Of a stretch of DNA of 64,000 nt, positions 1-8,086 are shown one piece after another. The stretch comes from Flavobacteriales bacterium. GTDB lineage: Bacteria > Bacteroidota > Bacteroidia > CAIKAF01. The notes beneath the pieces are model-generated. The model made no database searches. It worked only from the letters and a program-made list of their open reading frames with translations, and had not been told where the DNA came from. The stretch lies in the NCBI GenBank assembly GCA_044376575.1, contig JBILKR010000006.1:24211-88210 (forward strand), read 5' to 3'. The stretch's first letter is position 1; every line of letters starts with the position of its first letter. The position numbers and the translations under genes are program-made.

Positions 1-1026
1 AGTGACCAAGATGGAAATGTGCTCAACCGATATACTGAAGATTATACACCCCTCAGCTCAGACACCAATTTTATTCAGCCATACATTACTAACGGATACG
101 CAGATTATCCACGTTTTATTCAACCCGATTTTAATTATAATTTTCAGAGTAACGGATGGTTACCTTTAACAGACAGCACCACTTTTAATGTAAAAAATTA
201 CATCATCAATCTGGATTCAGATATACGTCAGGAAAATGACACCTTTCTGTTGACGCAACGCTTCTTCTCTCATTTTGCTTATGATGATGGCACTGCAGAG
301 CAGGCCATTTGGCTAGGCACTCTTGGCTCAATGGCTATGAAGTTTAAAAACAATTTTCCGGATACTTTACGTGCTGTTCAGTTTTATTTTAATCCGCTGA
401 AAGATGATGTGAGTTCACGCTATATTGATATCAAAGTATGGAGCGATCTTACACCAACCACTAATGAACTTTATTCAGAAAAAAGACAAATAAAAATTTT
501 ACCGAGCGATACAATGGCTTATATCAATCCTGTAAATAATGGATATAGTACTTACATCTTAGAAGAGCCTGTTCCTTTGCCTGCCGGAGATTTTTATATT
601 GGCTGGTATCAAAATCAAACATTTAAAATCAATCTCGGATTTGATAAAAATACAAATAGCAAGCAATATTCATTTTATAAAACAACCGGATCATGGGATA
701 CGTTATCACTCGATGGCTCACTGATGATTCGGCCAATACTTGGTTCCGCAATAACCAAATCACAAATCGGATGGGATGAAATAGATACAAATGAAGAGAT
801 AATTGTTTATCCTAATCCTGCTGATGAATTTATTTCAATACAATGGCCATCAGCAATTCAAATGCATGAGATTGTTTTGTTCGATATTAACGGTAAAGAA
901 GTGCAGCGTCATGTAAACCCACAAACGCATACAATCGATGTAAGCAAATTAATTCCAGGAGTATATGTTATCCGCTGCCAAATACAGCAAAACGAATTTA
1001 CACATCATAAAATTATCATTCACTAA
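1..1026 (+). CDS. Secreted protein with T9SS type-A C-terminal sorting domain, partial at 5' end (the frame is open from base 1, so the gene probably starts upstream of the window).
   Basis: The C-terminal ~80 aa (IVYPNPADEFISIQW...GVYVIRCQ...KIIIH) match the Por_Secre_tail pattern (YPNP near the start, G-Y-hydrophobic near the end). No stop codon between base 1 and the track start at 19. Confidence 0.6.
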   Translation, partial: SDQDGNVLNRYTEDYTPLSSDTNFIQPYITNGYADYPRFIQPDFNYNFQSNGWLPLTDSTTFNVKNYIINLDSDIRQENDTFLLTQRFFSHFAYDDGTAEQAIWLGTLGSMAMKFKNNFPDTLRAVQFYFNPLKDDVSSRYIDIKVWSDLTPTTNELYSEKRQIKILPSDTMAYINPVNNGYSTYILEEPVPLPAGDFYIGWYQNQTFKINLGFDKNTNSKQYSFYKTTGSWDTLSLDGSLMIRPILGSAITKSQIGWDEIDTNEEIIVYPNPADEFISIQWPSAIQMHEIVLFDINGKEVQRHVNPQTHTIDVSKLIPGVYVIRCQIQQNEFTHHKIIIH

Positions 1027-2093
1027 TGCCAGTGAACGAAGTATGGGATGAGTCAGAAGAAACCGGCAATGATGACCTTTACGAACATCATCGGTTTATT
1101 GTAGATAAAGGACAAGATTTGCTGCGTATTGATAAGTATCTGGGTTATAAATTAGAAAAAACATCACGCAACCGCATCCAAAAAGCAGTAGAAGCCGGAG
1201 CCGTAGTAGTAAATGATAAACCGGTAAAAAGTAACTATCGGGTAAAACCAAGAGATGTGATTTCGATTGTATTTGCACATCCACCACATTCCAATTTACT
1301 TGTTCCGGAAGAAATGTCATTAAATATCATGTATGAAGATGCAGATCTGCTGATTATCAACAAACCTGCAGGGCTGGTAGTTCATCCGGGACATGGAAAT
1401 TACTCAGGCACACTGGTGAATGGTTTGTTATATCATTTACAACAACTACCTGTTGCTTCTCATGAAAAATCAGGACCACTTGACGAAATTCGACCGGGCT
1501 TAGTGCATCGCATCGACAAAGACACATCGGGTTTGATGGTGATTGCAAAAAATGAAATTGCAATGACATTGCTGGCCAAACAATTTTTTGACCGCACCAT
1601 TCAACGAAAATATATTGCACTGGTATGGGGAGATGTGAAAGAAAATGAAGGCAGAATTGAAGGAAATATCGGCAGAGATAAAAAAGATAGAAAAGCCATG
1701 GCTGTCTATCCCGAAGGAGATGAAGGGAAACACGCGGTAACTAATTATAGAGTTATAGAACGATTCGGATTTGTTACACTGGTAGAGTGTAAACTGGAAA
1801 CCGGAAGAACTCATCAGATTCGTGTTCACATGAAACATATCGGACATACACTGTTTAATGATGATCGATATGGCGGAAAAAAAATATTAAAAGGAATTGA
1901 ATCGGCGAAGTACAAACAATTTATAGAAAATTGCTTTGAAATGATCCCCGGACAGGCACTACATGCAGCCACTTTGGGTTTTATACACCCCACCACTGAA
2001 AAAGAATTGTTTTTCGAAGCAGCACCTCCGGAAGGATTCAAGTTGTTAATTGAAAAATGGAGAAACTACAGCAAATCGATATTAAAAGTGTAA
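1026..2093 (+). CDS. rluD: RluA/RluD-family 23S rRNA pseudouridine synthase with an S4-like N-terminal domain.
   Basis: The catalytic motif HRIDKDTSGLMVIAKN is present, an S4-like segment precedes it, and the length is 355 aa. The start overlaps the upstream stop (TAATG). Confidence 0.8.
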   Translation: MPVNEVWDESEETGNDDLYEHHRFIVDKGQDLLRIDKYLGYKLEKTSRNRIQKAVEAGAVVVNDKPVKSNYRVKPRDVISIVFAHPPHSNLLVPEEMSLNIMYEDADLLIINKPAGLVVHPGHGNYSGTLVNGLLYHLQQLPVASHEKSGPLDEIRPGLVHRIDKDTSGLMVIAKNEIAMTLLAKQFFDRTIQRKYIALVWGDVKENEGRIEGNIGRDKKDRKAMAVYPEGDEGKHAVTNYRVIERFGFVTLVECKLETGRTHQIRVHMKHIGHTLFNDDRYGGKKILKGIESAKYKQFIENCFEMIPGQALHAATLGFIHPTTEKELFFEAAPPEGFKLLIEKWRNYSKSILKV

Positions 2094-2106
2094 ATTATAC
2101 ACTTTG

Positions 2107-2769
2107 TTACATGTCTATAAAATTCATCAGCTGACGAAAACGGTCATTCATATCATCATCCTGACTTGTTTCCATGAATAATCCTTTAATTGTGTAATTA
2201 TAACGAGAGAATGTAGCAATAATTGCCCGCAAATCTGTTCTGTTTAATTTTAACACTACTTCTATTTTAGTAGATTCAGGGATGGTATTGATGTAACTAC
2301 TTAAAATTTTACAATCGTTACTTTCCACGATATGTGCAATCTGAGAAAGATTATAATCTCTTTCATTGAGCTCTAATACAAGAATAGCTCCCGGATCTTT
2401 AATAGAAGATAATTCTGCGAGTTTTTTAACCAGATCAGTAATTGTAATGATGCCTAAATAATTTTCTTTATCATCGAGTACAGGCACCAGCGATAAATTC
2501 ATTTGCGCAACTACGCGTATCACTTCATAAATGTGCTGGCTTGATTTTACATACGGCTTGTAAAGAGACAGCCGATGATTCCCCAATGGCTCTTCGGGAG
2601 AATTCAGATTAAAAATATCCTCTTCAGAGATTACTCCCAGCAGTTCCTGATGGTTTACAATAGGTAAATGAGAGATGCGAAATTCTTCCATCCATGCCAT
2701 CGCTTTCAACCCACTATCTGATGTTTTTAATGGCGGGATTTCATTTGAAATGAGTTCTTCAGCAATCAT
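2107..2769 (-). CDS. CBS-domain pair protein.
   Basis: 220 aa with two CBS-like repeats (HLPIVN...LLGVISEEDI and LVPVLDDKENYLGIITITDLVK). Confidence 0.55.
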   Translation of the reverse strand: MIAEELISNEIPPLKTSDSGLKAMAWMEEFRISHLPIVNHQELLGVISEEDIFNLNSPEEPLGNHRLSLYKPYVKSSQHIYEVIRVVAQMNLSLVPVLDDKENYLGIITITDLVKKLAELSSIKDPGAILVLELNERDYNLSQIAHIVESNDCKILSSYINTIPESTKIEVVLKLNRTDLRAIIATFSRYNYTIKGLFMETSQDDDMNDRFRQLMNFIDM

Positions 2770-2879
2770 AATTCTGCACTTTCTTTTTTTCTAAACGCTA
2801 TTTTAACTTATTTCGTTGTCCGTAAATATATTTATTAAAACAAAAGAGCACCTCTGTTGGTTCTTAAAAAACATCAAAC

Positions 2880-3599
2880 ATGATTAAACTTAGTGTAAAT
2901 ATCAATAAAGTAGCAACACTGAGAAATGCCCGAGGCGGGAATATTCCTAATGTTCTACAGGTAGCACTTGATTGCGAACGGTTTGGTGCCGATGGAATTA
3001 CAGTTCATCCCAGGCCAGACCAGCGTCACATTCGATATTCTGATGTTGTTGCATTAGCTCCGGTATTGAACACAGAATTTAATATCGAAGGAAACCCAAC
3101 CCCTGATTTTATTGATTTAGTAAAAAAAATAAAACCGGCGCAAGTTACACTCGTTCCCGATGCTCCCGATGCCATAACATCTAACGCAGGTTGGGATACG
3201 ATAAAGTTTAAAGATTTTCTGAAAGAAGTAATTGCTGAATTTAAAAAAGAAAATATTCGCACTTCTATTTTTATTGATCCTAAAGAAAATATGGTTGAAC
3301 ACGCTGCGGAAACAGGTGTTGATCGTATTGAACTATATACTGAAGCTTATGCCAGTGAATATTTTAATGATAGAGAAAAAGCAATTTCTCCTTATATAGC
3401 AGCTGCAAAATGCGCCAATAAGGTAGAACTTGGAATTAATGCAGGTCATGATTTGAATGCAGACAATCTGCATTATTTTGCATCAAAGATTCCCGGATTG
3501 CTTGAAGTATCCATCGGACATGCTTTAATTGCAGATGCATTGTATTTCGGACTGGAAAATGTTGTTCAGATGTATAAACGAAATTTGATGATTGATTAA
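2880..3599 (+). CDS. pdxJ: Pyridoxine 5'-phosphate synthase.
   Basis: The N-terminus [20 protein letters not shown] and the segment [16 protein letters not shown] are characteristic of PdxJ. Length 239 aa. Confidence 0.9.
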   Translation: MIKLSVNINKVATLRNARGGNIPNVLQVALDCERFGADGITVHPRPDQRHIRYSDVVALAPVLNTEFNIEGNPTPDFIDLVKKIKPAQVTLVPDAPDAITSNAGWDTIKFKDFLKEVIAEFKKENIRTSIFIDPKENMVEHAAETGVDRIELYTEAYASEYFNDREKAISPYIAAAKCANKVELGINAGHDLNADNLHYFASKIPGLLEVSIGHALIADALYFGLENVVQMYKRNLMID

Positions 3600-4362
3600 G
3601 ATGAAATTATTTTTCAGAAAATGGGGAGAAGGACAACCTCTTTTTATTTTACATGGATTATTTGGTACCGCAGATAATTGGAACACTCTGGCTAAAACTT
3701 ATGGTGAAAAATACTGCACGTATGCCATTGATTTGAGAAATCATGGCCAATCGCCACACAGTGAAGAATGGAGTTATGCCCTGATGGTTGAAGACATAAT
3801 AGAATTAATGAAGGACGAAGGATTAGAACACATCCATTTGATGGGACATTCAATGGGAGGAAAAGTTGCGATGTTTATGGCCTGTAAATACCCTCAGTTG
3901 ATTGACAAATTAATTATTTCAGATATTGCACCCAGATATTACCCGGTGCATCACACAGAAATTATTGATGCACTTCATTCTGTACCACTTCATATTATTT
4001 CTTCAAGAAAAGAAGCAGAACAAATACTTGAAAAGAAAATTTCAGATGTTGATATCCGACAATTTTTATTAAAAAATTTATATTGGAAAGACGAGCGGCT
4101 GGCTTGGCGTTTTAATCTTGATGTAATCAGCAGTAACATCGAAGAAGTTGGTAAAGCACTTGAACAAGAAGATCGATTTGAAGGCTATACATTATTTATT
4201 CGAGGAGAAAAAAGCAATTACATTTCGATTCAGGATGAAATAGAAATTCAACATCATTTTCCCTACAGCAAAATAATAACTATTGTGAATGCAGGGCATT
4301 GGGTGCACGCAGAAAATCCTAAAGAATATTTAACTGAAACAATTCATTTTCTAAACAGTTAG
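3592..4362 (+). CDS. Alpha/beta-hydrolase fold esterase (YbfF-like).
   Basis: HGLFG oxyanion motif and GHSMGG nucleophile elbow. There is an 8-nt overlap with pdxJ. Confidence 0.75.
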   Translation: MIKMKLFFRKWGEGQPLFILHGLFGTADNWNTLAKTYGEKYCTYAIDLRNHGQSPHSEEWSYALMVEDIIELMKDEGLEHIHLMGHSMGGKVAMFMACKYPQLIDKLIISDIAPRYYPVHHTEIIDALHSVPLHIISSRKEAEQILEKKISDVDIRQFLLKNLYWKDERLAWRFNLDVISSNIEEVGKALEQEDRFEGYTLFIRGEKSNYISIQDEIEIQHHFPYSKIITIVNAGHWVHAENPKEYLTETIHFLNS

Positions 4363-4459
4363 CATAGTATTTTTCCTATTACCAAATCGTTGTTTTTCTA
4401 TTTTACATTTTTTATTTATTATTTCTTAGTATTAATGCTAAAATATATTGTAGGAAAAT

Positions 4460-4467
4460 TAATTTTG
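4460..4467 (+). promoter_or_regulatory. Possible Bacteroidetes sigma-A -7 element (TAnnTTTG) upstream of the 4491 gene.
   Basis: TAATTTTG lies 24 nt upstream of the ATG. I did not find a convincing -33 TTG at the expected spacing. Confidence 0.2.
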
Positions 4468-4490
4468 CAGCTTGAAAAAAAATACTGCAA

Positions 4491-6293
4491 ATGACCAAAC
4501 CAATCTATTTTTCAACTTGTTTCTTCTTTTTTTTATTGGTGTTACAGACTGATTTCATTTATTCAAATAACATTCAGGTAACCAACGTAACGCTTACATC
4601 ACAAAACACATCTGCAGGAGCAAACAACAGCGCTAATTATACCCATATTCAATTTGATGTGCAGTGGGAAAATTCCTGGAGATTATCCTCCGGTCCATCA
4701 AACTGGGATGCCGCATGGATATTTGCAAAATTCAGGGTGGGTGGATCCGATCCACAGTTTAGTAATGTGAGTAGCAGTGGTACAACCGTTACCGTAAGCA
4801 GCACTTCTCAGCTTAGGGTAGGAATGCCTGTACGTGTAACCTCCGGCACAGGAACACTTGTTACCAATACTACCATTTCAAGTATTACCAACAGCACTCA
4901 ATTTGTTGTTAGCAATACTCCAACTGTTGCATTGCTTAATGCTACAATTATTTGTACTAGAGTCTGGGAGCATGCCTGGCTTAATAATTCAGGGCATACA
5001 GCAACAAGTGGCACAACCATTTCAAATGGACTTGTAACACCATCGTCTTCATTTAACGCTACTACCAATCCTGTAATTGGTATATTTATATATAGAGATG
5101 CAAACGGAAGCGGAACATTTAATGGAACCGGAACCACCCTTCGCTGGAACTATGGTGCCCATGGAATAAAAGACAATCAGATTGTAGATGTAAGAGTTTA
5201 TGGTATTGAAATGGTATATATTCCACAAGGAAGTTATAGTGTAGGCGATGGCTCTGTGACCAGTGTAGCAGGAAACTTCAGGGATGGCGGTAGCAATATC
5301 CCATTTTTAATTAGTAGTGAGGCCGCAATAACATTGGGAGGAACAACCGCTGGCAACTTAGCCAATAACAATAATAGCGGAATGCATACAGCAGATGATT
5401 TTAATAATACAACAACACAAAATCTTCCTGCAGAATTTCCAAAAGGATACAATGCATACTATTGCATGAAGTATGAAATTTCACAACAACAATGGATTGA
5501 TTTTTTTAATACACTGATTCCACGCCAAAAAACTACTCGTGATATAACTTTTAATAAAGGAACCGATGCTTTGCATTATTCCAATAATAATGTCAACTGG
5601 GACGCAACCAATACATTTTCAGATGCTACGCTCAATAATGGCACTTATGGTAATACCGCAATGACTTGGCTTAGCTGGGCTGATTTTGCGGCATACCTGG
5701 ATTGGGCGGGATTACGGCCAATAACAGAATTGGAATACGAAAAAATATGTCGCGGAACACAAACACCTGTCGCAGATGAATATCCATGGGGAACGAATAC
5801 GATTTATACAATATCGGCGCTTAATTCTTATTATTCTATCAGCAATGAAGGGGAAGCCAATGAAGGTATTTCAGCCAATTACAGCACTACATCCGGGAAT
5901 GCACATTATGGAATAGTTTATAATTATGATGGGGTGAGACGAGTAGGTGTGTTTGCAGCCAATGCCAGCAATACAGGAAGAATTACCTCCGGAGCAAGTT
6001 ATTACGGATTAATGGAGTTGGCTGGTAATGTTTTTGAACGCACCATTTCTGTTGGCAGATCAGAAGGACGATCATTTACCGGAGCACATGGAAACGGGGC
6101 TCTTACTAGCGCTGGTGATTACAATGTAACAGGATGGGGATCTACCTCTGGTACACAATCCGGTGTTCGAGGTGGTGGATACGATGACATCTCATCCCGT
6201 TTAAGAGTATCAGATCGATACCTTGCATCAAGCAGTGCATTGAGTGCCGGAGGTTTTAAAAGTGGAGGAAGAGGAGGAAGAACGGCTCCGTAA
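4491..6293 (+). CDS. Secreted protein with an N-terminal S/T/N-rich beta-rich region and a C-terminal FGE-sulfatase (SUMF1/formylglycine-generating-enzyme-like) domain.
   Basis: Signal peptide MTKPIYFSTCFFFFLLVLQ. The FGE-like core starts at MVYIPQGSYSVGDGS, contains YPWG, and ends with RGGGYDDISSRLRVSDR (RGGSW-type). The C-terminus is a Gly/Arg-rich tail (GGRGGRTAP). Confidence 0.6.
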   Translation: MTKPIYFSTCFFFFLLVLQTDFIYSNNIQVTNVTLTSQNTSAGANNSANYTHIQFDVQWENSWRLSSGPSNWDAAWIFAKFRVGGSDPQFSNVSSSGTTVTVSSTSQLRVGMPVRVTSGTGTLVTNTTISSITNSTQFVVSNTPTVALLNATIICTRVWEHAWLNNSGHTATSGTTISNGLVTPSSSFNATTNPVIGIFIYRDANGSGTFNGTGTTLRWNYGAHGIKDNQIVDVRVYGIEMVYIPQGSYSVGDGSVTSVAGNFRDGGSNIPFLISSEAAITLGGTTAGNLANNNNSGMHTADDFNNTTTQNLPAEFPKGYNAYYCMKYEISQQQWIDFFNTLIPRQKTTRDITFNKGTDALHYSNNNVNWDATNTFSDATLNNGTYGNTAMTWLSWADFAAYLDWAGLRPITELEYEKICRGTQTPVADEYPWGTNTIYTISALNSYYSISNEGEANEGISANYSTTSGNAHYGIVYNYDGVRRVGVFAANASNTGRITSGASYYGLMELAGNVFERTISVGRSEGRSFTGAHGNGALTSAGDYNVTGWGSTSGTQSGVRGGGYDDISSRLRVSDRYLASSSALSAGGFKSGGRGGRTAP

Positions 6294-6298
6294 AATGT

Positions 6299-8035
6299 AT
6301 GAATTGTATGTCTTTAAAATTTAATATTACTTATCTTCTTTTTTATTTTACTGCGGCTGTTTCATCTATTGCCCAAAATGAGCCATATCTCGGTGGCAAT
6401 GGGAGGGGTGATGTAGCAACACAATTGAGTACGGAATATCTTGATGGCACAACAGCTACTCCATACAGATTAAATTTCTTTAACCAGCCCCCTCCAACTA
6501 CTTATATTGGCAATACCTTCAACTGTAATGTTGAGATCATTTATACGGATTCAACACGGGTAACTACTGCTTCCAATGCAATAACCCTCTCAATTGGGTA
6601 TAATCCCGGGAACAGTACTCTTTCCGGCACTGCCGTTCTAAATGCAACAAACGGGCTGGCAAGCTATACCGGATTAGGATTAAATAATCCCGGAACTGAT
6701 TATACATTGACAGCATCTGCTTCAGGATTTTCAAATATTACATCCCATCCGTTTGATATATATTCAAATATTTATTTAGGAGGTGTCGGACGAGGTGATG
6801 ATGTGGATGATACAAACGCAACCCTACTTGGCAAAAATGCATGGGTAAGCACCACTACCACAGACTGGGCTACTACTTCAAATTGGATGCATGACCAGAT
6901 TCCGGCTCATAACGAGAATGTATTAATTGCAGAATGGGCCACAAAAAATTTACATCTAGATCAATCACGCACCATCAGAAATTTAGATTTTAATCATGTA
7001 GGTCTGAAAGTAGTTCTTAATGACGTTGACCTTACAATTACAGGAGATATTACTTCTGCTGATGCTAGCAATTATATTCGATCAAACGGTACGGGAAATA
7101 TCAAGCGAACAGTAAATCAAAGTCAAGCATTAGAATTTCCCATCGGGAACAGTACTTACAATCCATTAACCATAACCAATAACTCAGGATCCTCTGATTT
7201 ATTTTCAGTTCGTGTTTCAGATCAGATTGAATTCCCTACTTCCTTTTTATCGCTGGCTTCTTATGTAAACCGAACCTGGAATATTTCGAAAGCAAATCCC
7301 AATGGTGGTCCCGGCGTTGATTTAATTTTCAACTGGAATGATCAGGAAGAAGTAGGTACACTCACTATCCCTGTATTAAATCACCATAACGGATCAGTAT
7401 GGGAAGTGGCCAGTCCTGGAACTAACACGTCTTCATTAAACACTTTAACCTATACCGGATATACCGGAAGTTTTTCTCCTTTTGCCATTGCAGATCAAAA
7501 CACTCCCCTGCCCGTAGAACTGGATTATTTAATCACCACATGCCATCAATATCGTCCCGTTATTCAATGGCAAACTTTTAGCGAAATCAATAACGATTAT
7601 TTTTTGATTGAACAATCAGATGATCAAAATACATGGGAAAAATTAGATATAATTGATGGTGCCGGGAACAGCAATCAAATGATTGCGTATCAATTTGAAT
7701 ATACAAAACCACTTGATGCAACTCTTTACATTCGTTTAAAACAAGTTGATTATAACGGAACAACTGAAATCATCGGAACAAAATCATTGATACCGTGCGA
7801 TGATGAAAGTAACATCCAGGTTTATCCTAATCCTACGCATGGCGAAATTCACTGGAGCGGATTCGATGCGCTCTCTTCAATATCTATTATCAATCAATTT
7901 GGAATAACGGTTTCAACTTTTACCTCATCTGCTGATGGTAACGGATCGGAAATAATCTCTGTATCACCCGGTGTTTATTATATTCAGGGAATAAAAAACA
8001 AAACGATAACAACTGAAAAACTTATTGTTTACTAA
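6299..8035 (+). CDS. Secreted protein with T9SS type-A C-terminal sorting domain, probably co-transcribed with the 4491 gene (5-nt gap).
   Basis: Signal peptide (FYFTAAVSSIAQ). The C-terminus IQVYPNPTHGEIHW...GVYYIQG...KLIVY matches the Por_Secre_tail pattern. It has two copies of a GG-x-GRGD motif. Confidence 0.6.
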   Translation: MNCMSLKFNITYLLFYFTAAVSSIAQNEPYLGGNGRGDVATQLSTEYLDGTTATPYRLNFFNQPPPTTYIGNTFNCNVEIIYTDSTRVTTASNAITLSIGYNPGNSTLSGTAVLNATNGLASYTGLGLNNPGTDYTLTASASGFSNITSHPFDIYSNIYLGGVGRGDDVDDTNATLLGKNAWVSTTTTDWATTSNWMHDQIPAHNENVLIAEWATKNLHLDQSRTIRNLDFNHVGLKVVLNDVDLTITGDITSADASNYIRSNGTGNIKRTVNQSQALEFPIGNSTYNPLTITNNSGSSDLFSVRVSDQIEFPTSFLSLASYVNRTWNISKANPNGGPGVDLIFNWNDQEEVGTLTIPVLNHHNGSVWEVASPGTNTSSLNTLTYTGYTGSFSPFAIADQNTPLPVELDYLITTCHQYRPVIQWQTFSEINNDYFLIEQSDDQNTWEKLDIIDGAGNSNQMIAYQFEYTKPLDATLYIRLKQVDYNGTTEIIGTKSLIPCDDESNIQVYPNPTHGEIHWSGFDALSSISIINQFGITVSTFTSSADGNGSEIISVSPGVYYIQGIKNKTITTEKLIVY

Positions 8036-8037
8036 AC

Positions 8038-8070
8038 AAAAAAGGTAGCATTTCTGCTACCTTTTTTATT
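8038..8070. terminator. Bidirectional rho-independent terminator between convergent genes.
   Basis: Hairpin GGTAGCA-TTTC-TGCTACC flanked by an A-run upstream and a T-run downstream. Confidence 0.7.
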
Positions 8071-8086
8071 TGATCATAATAATTTA

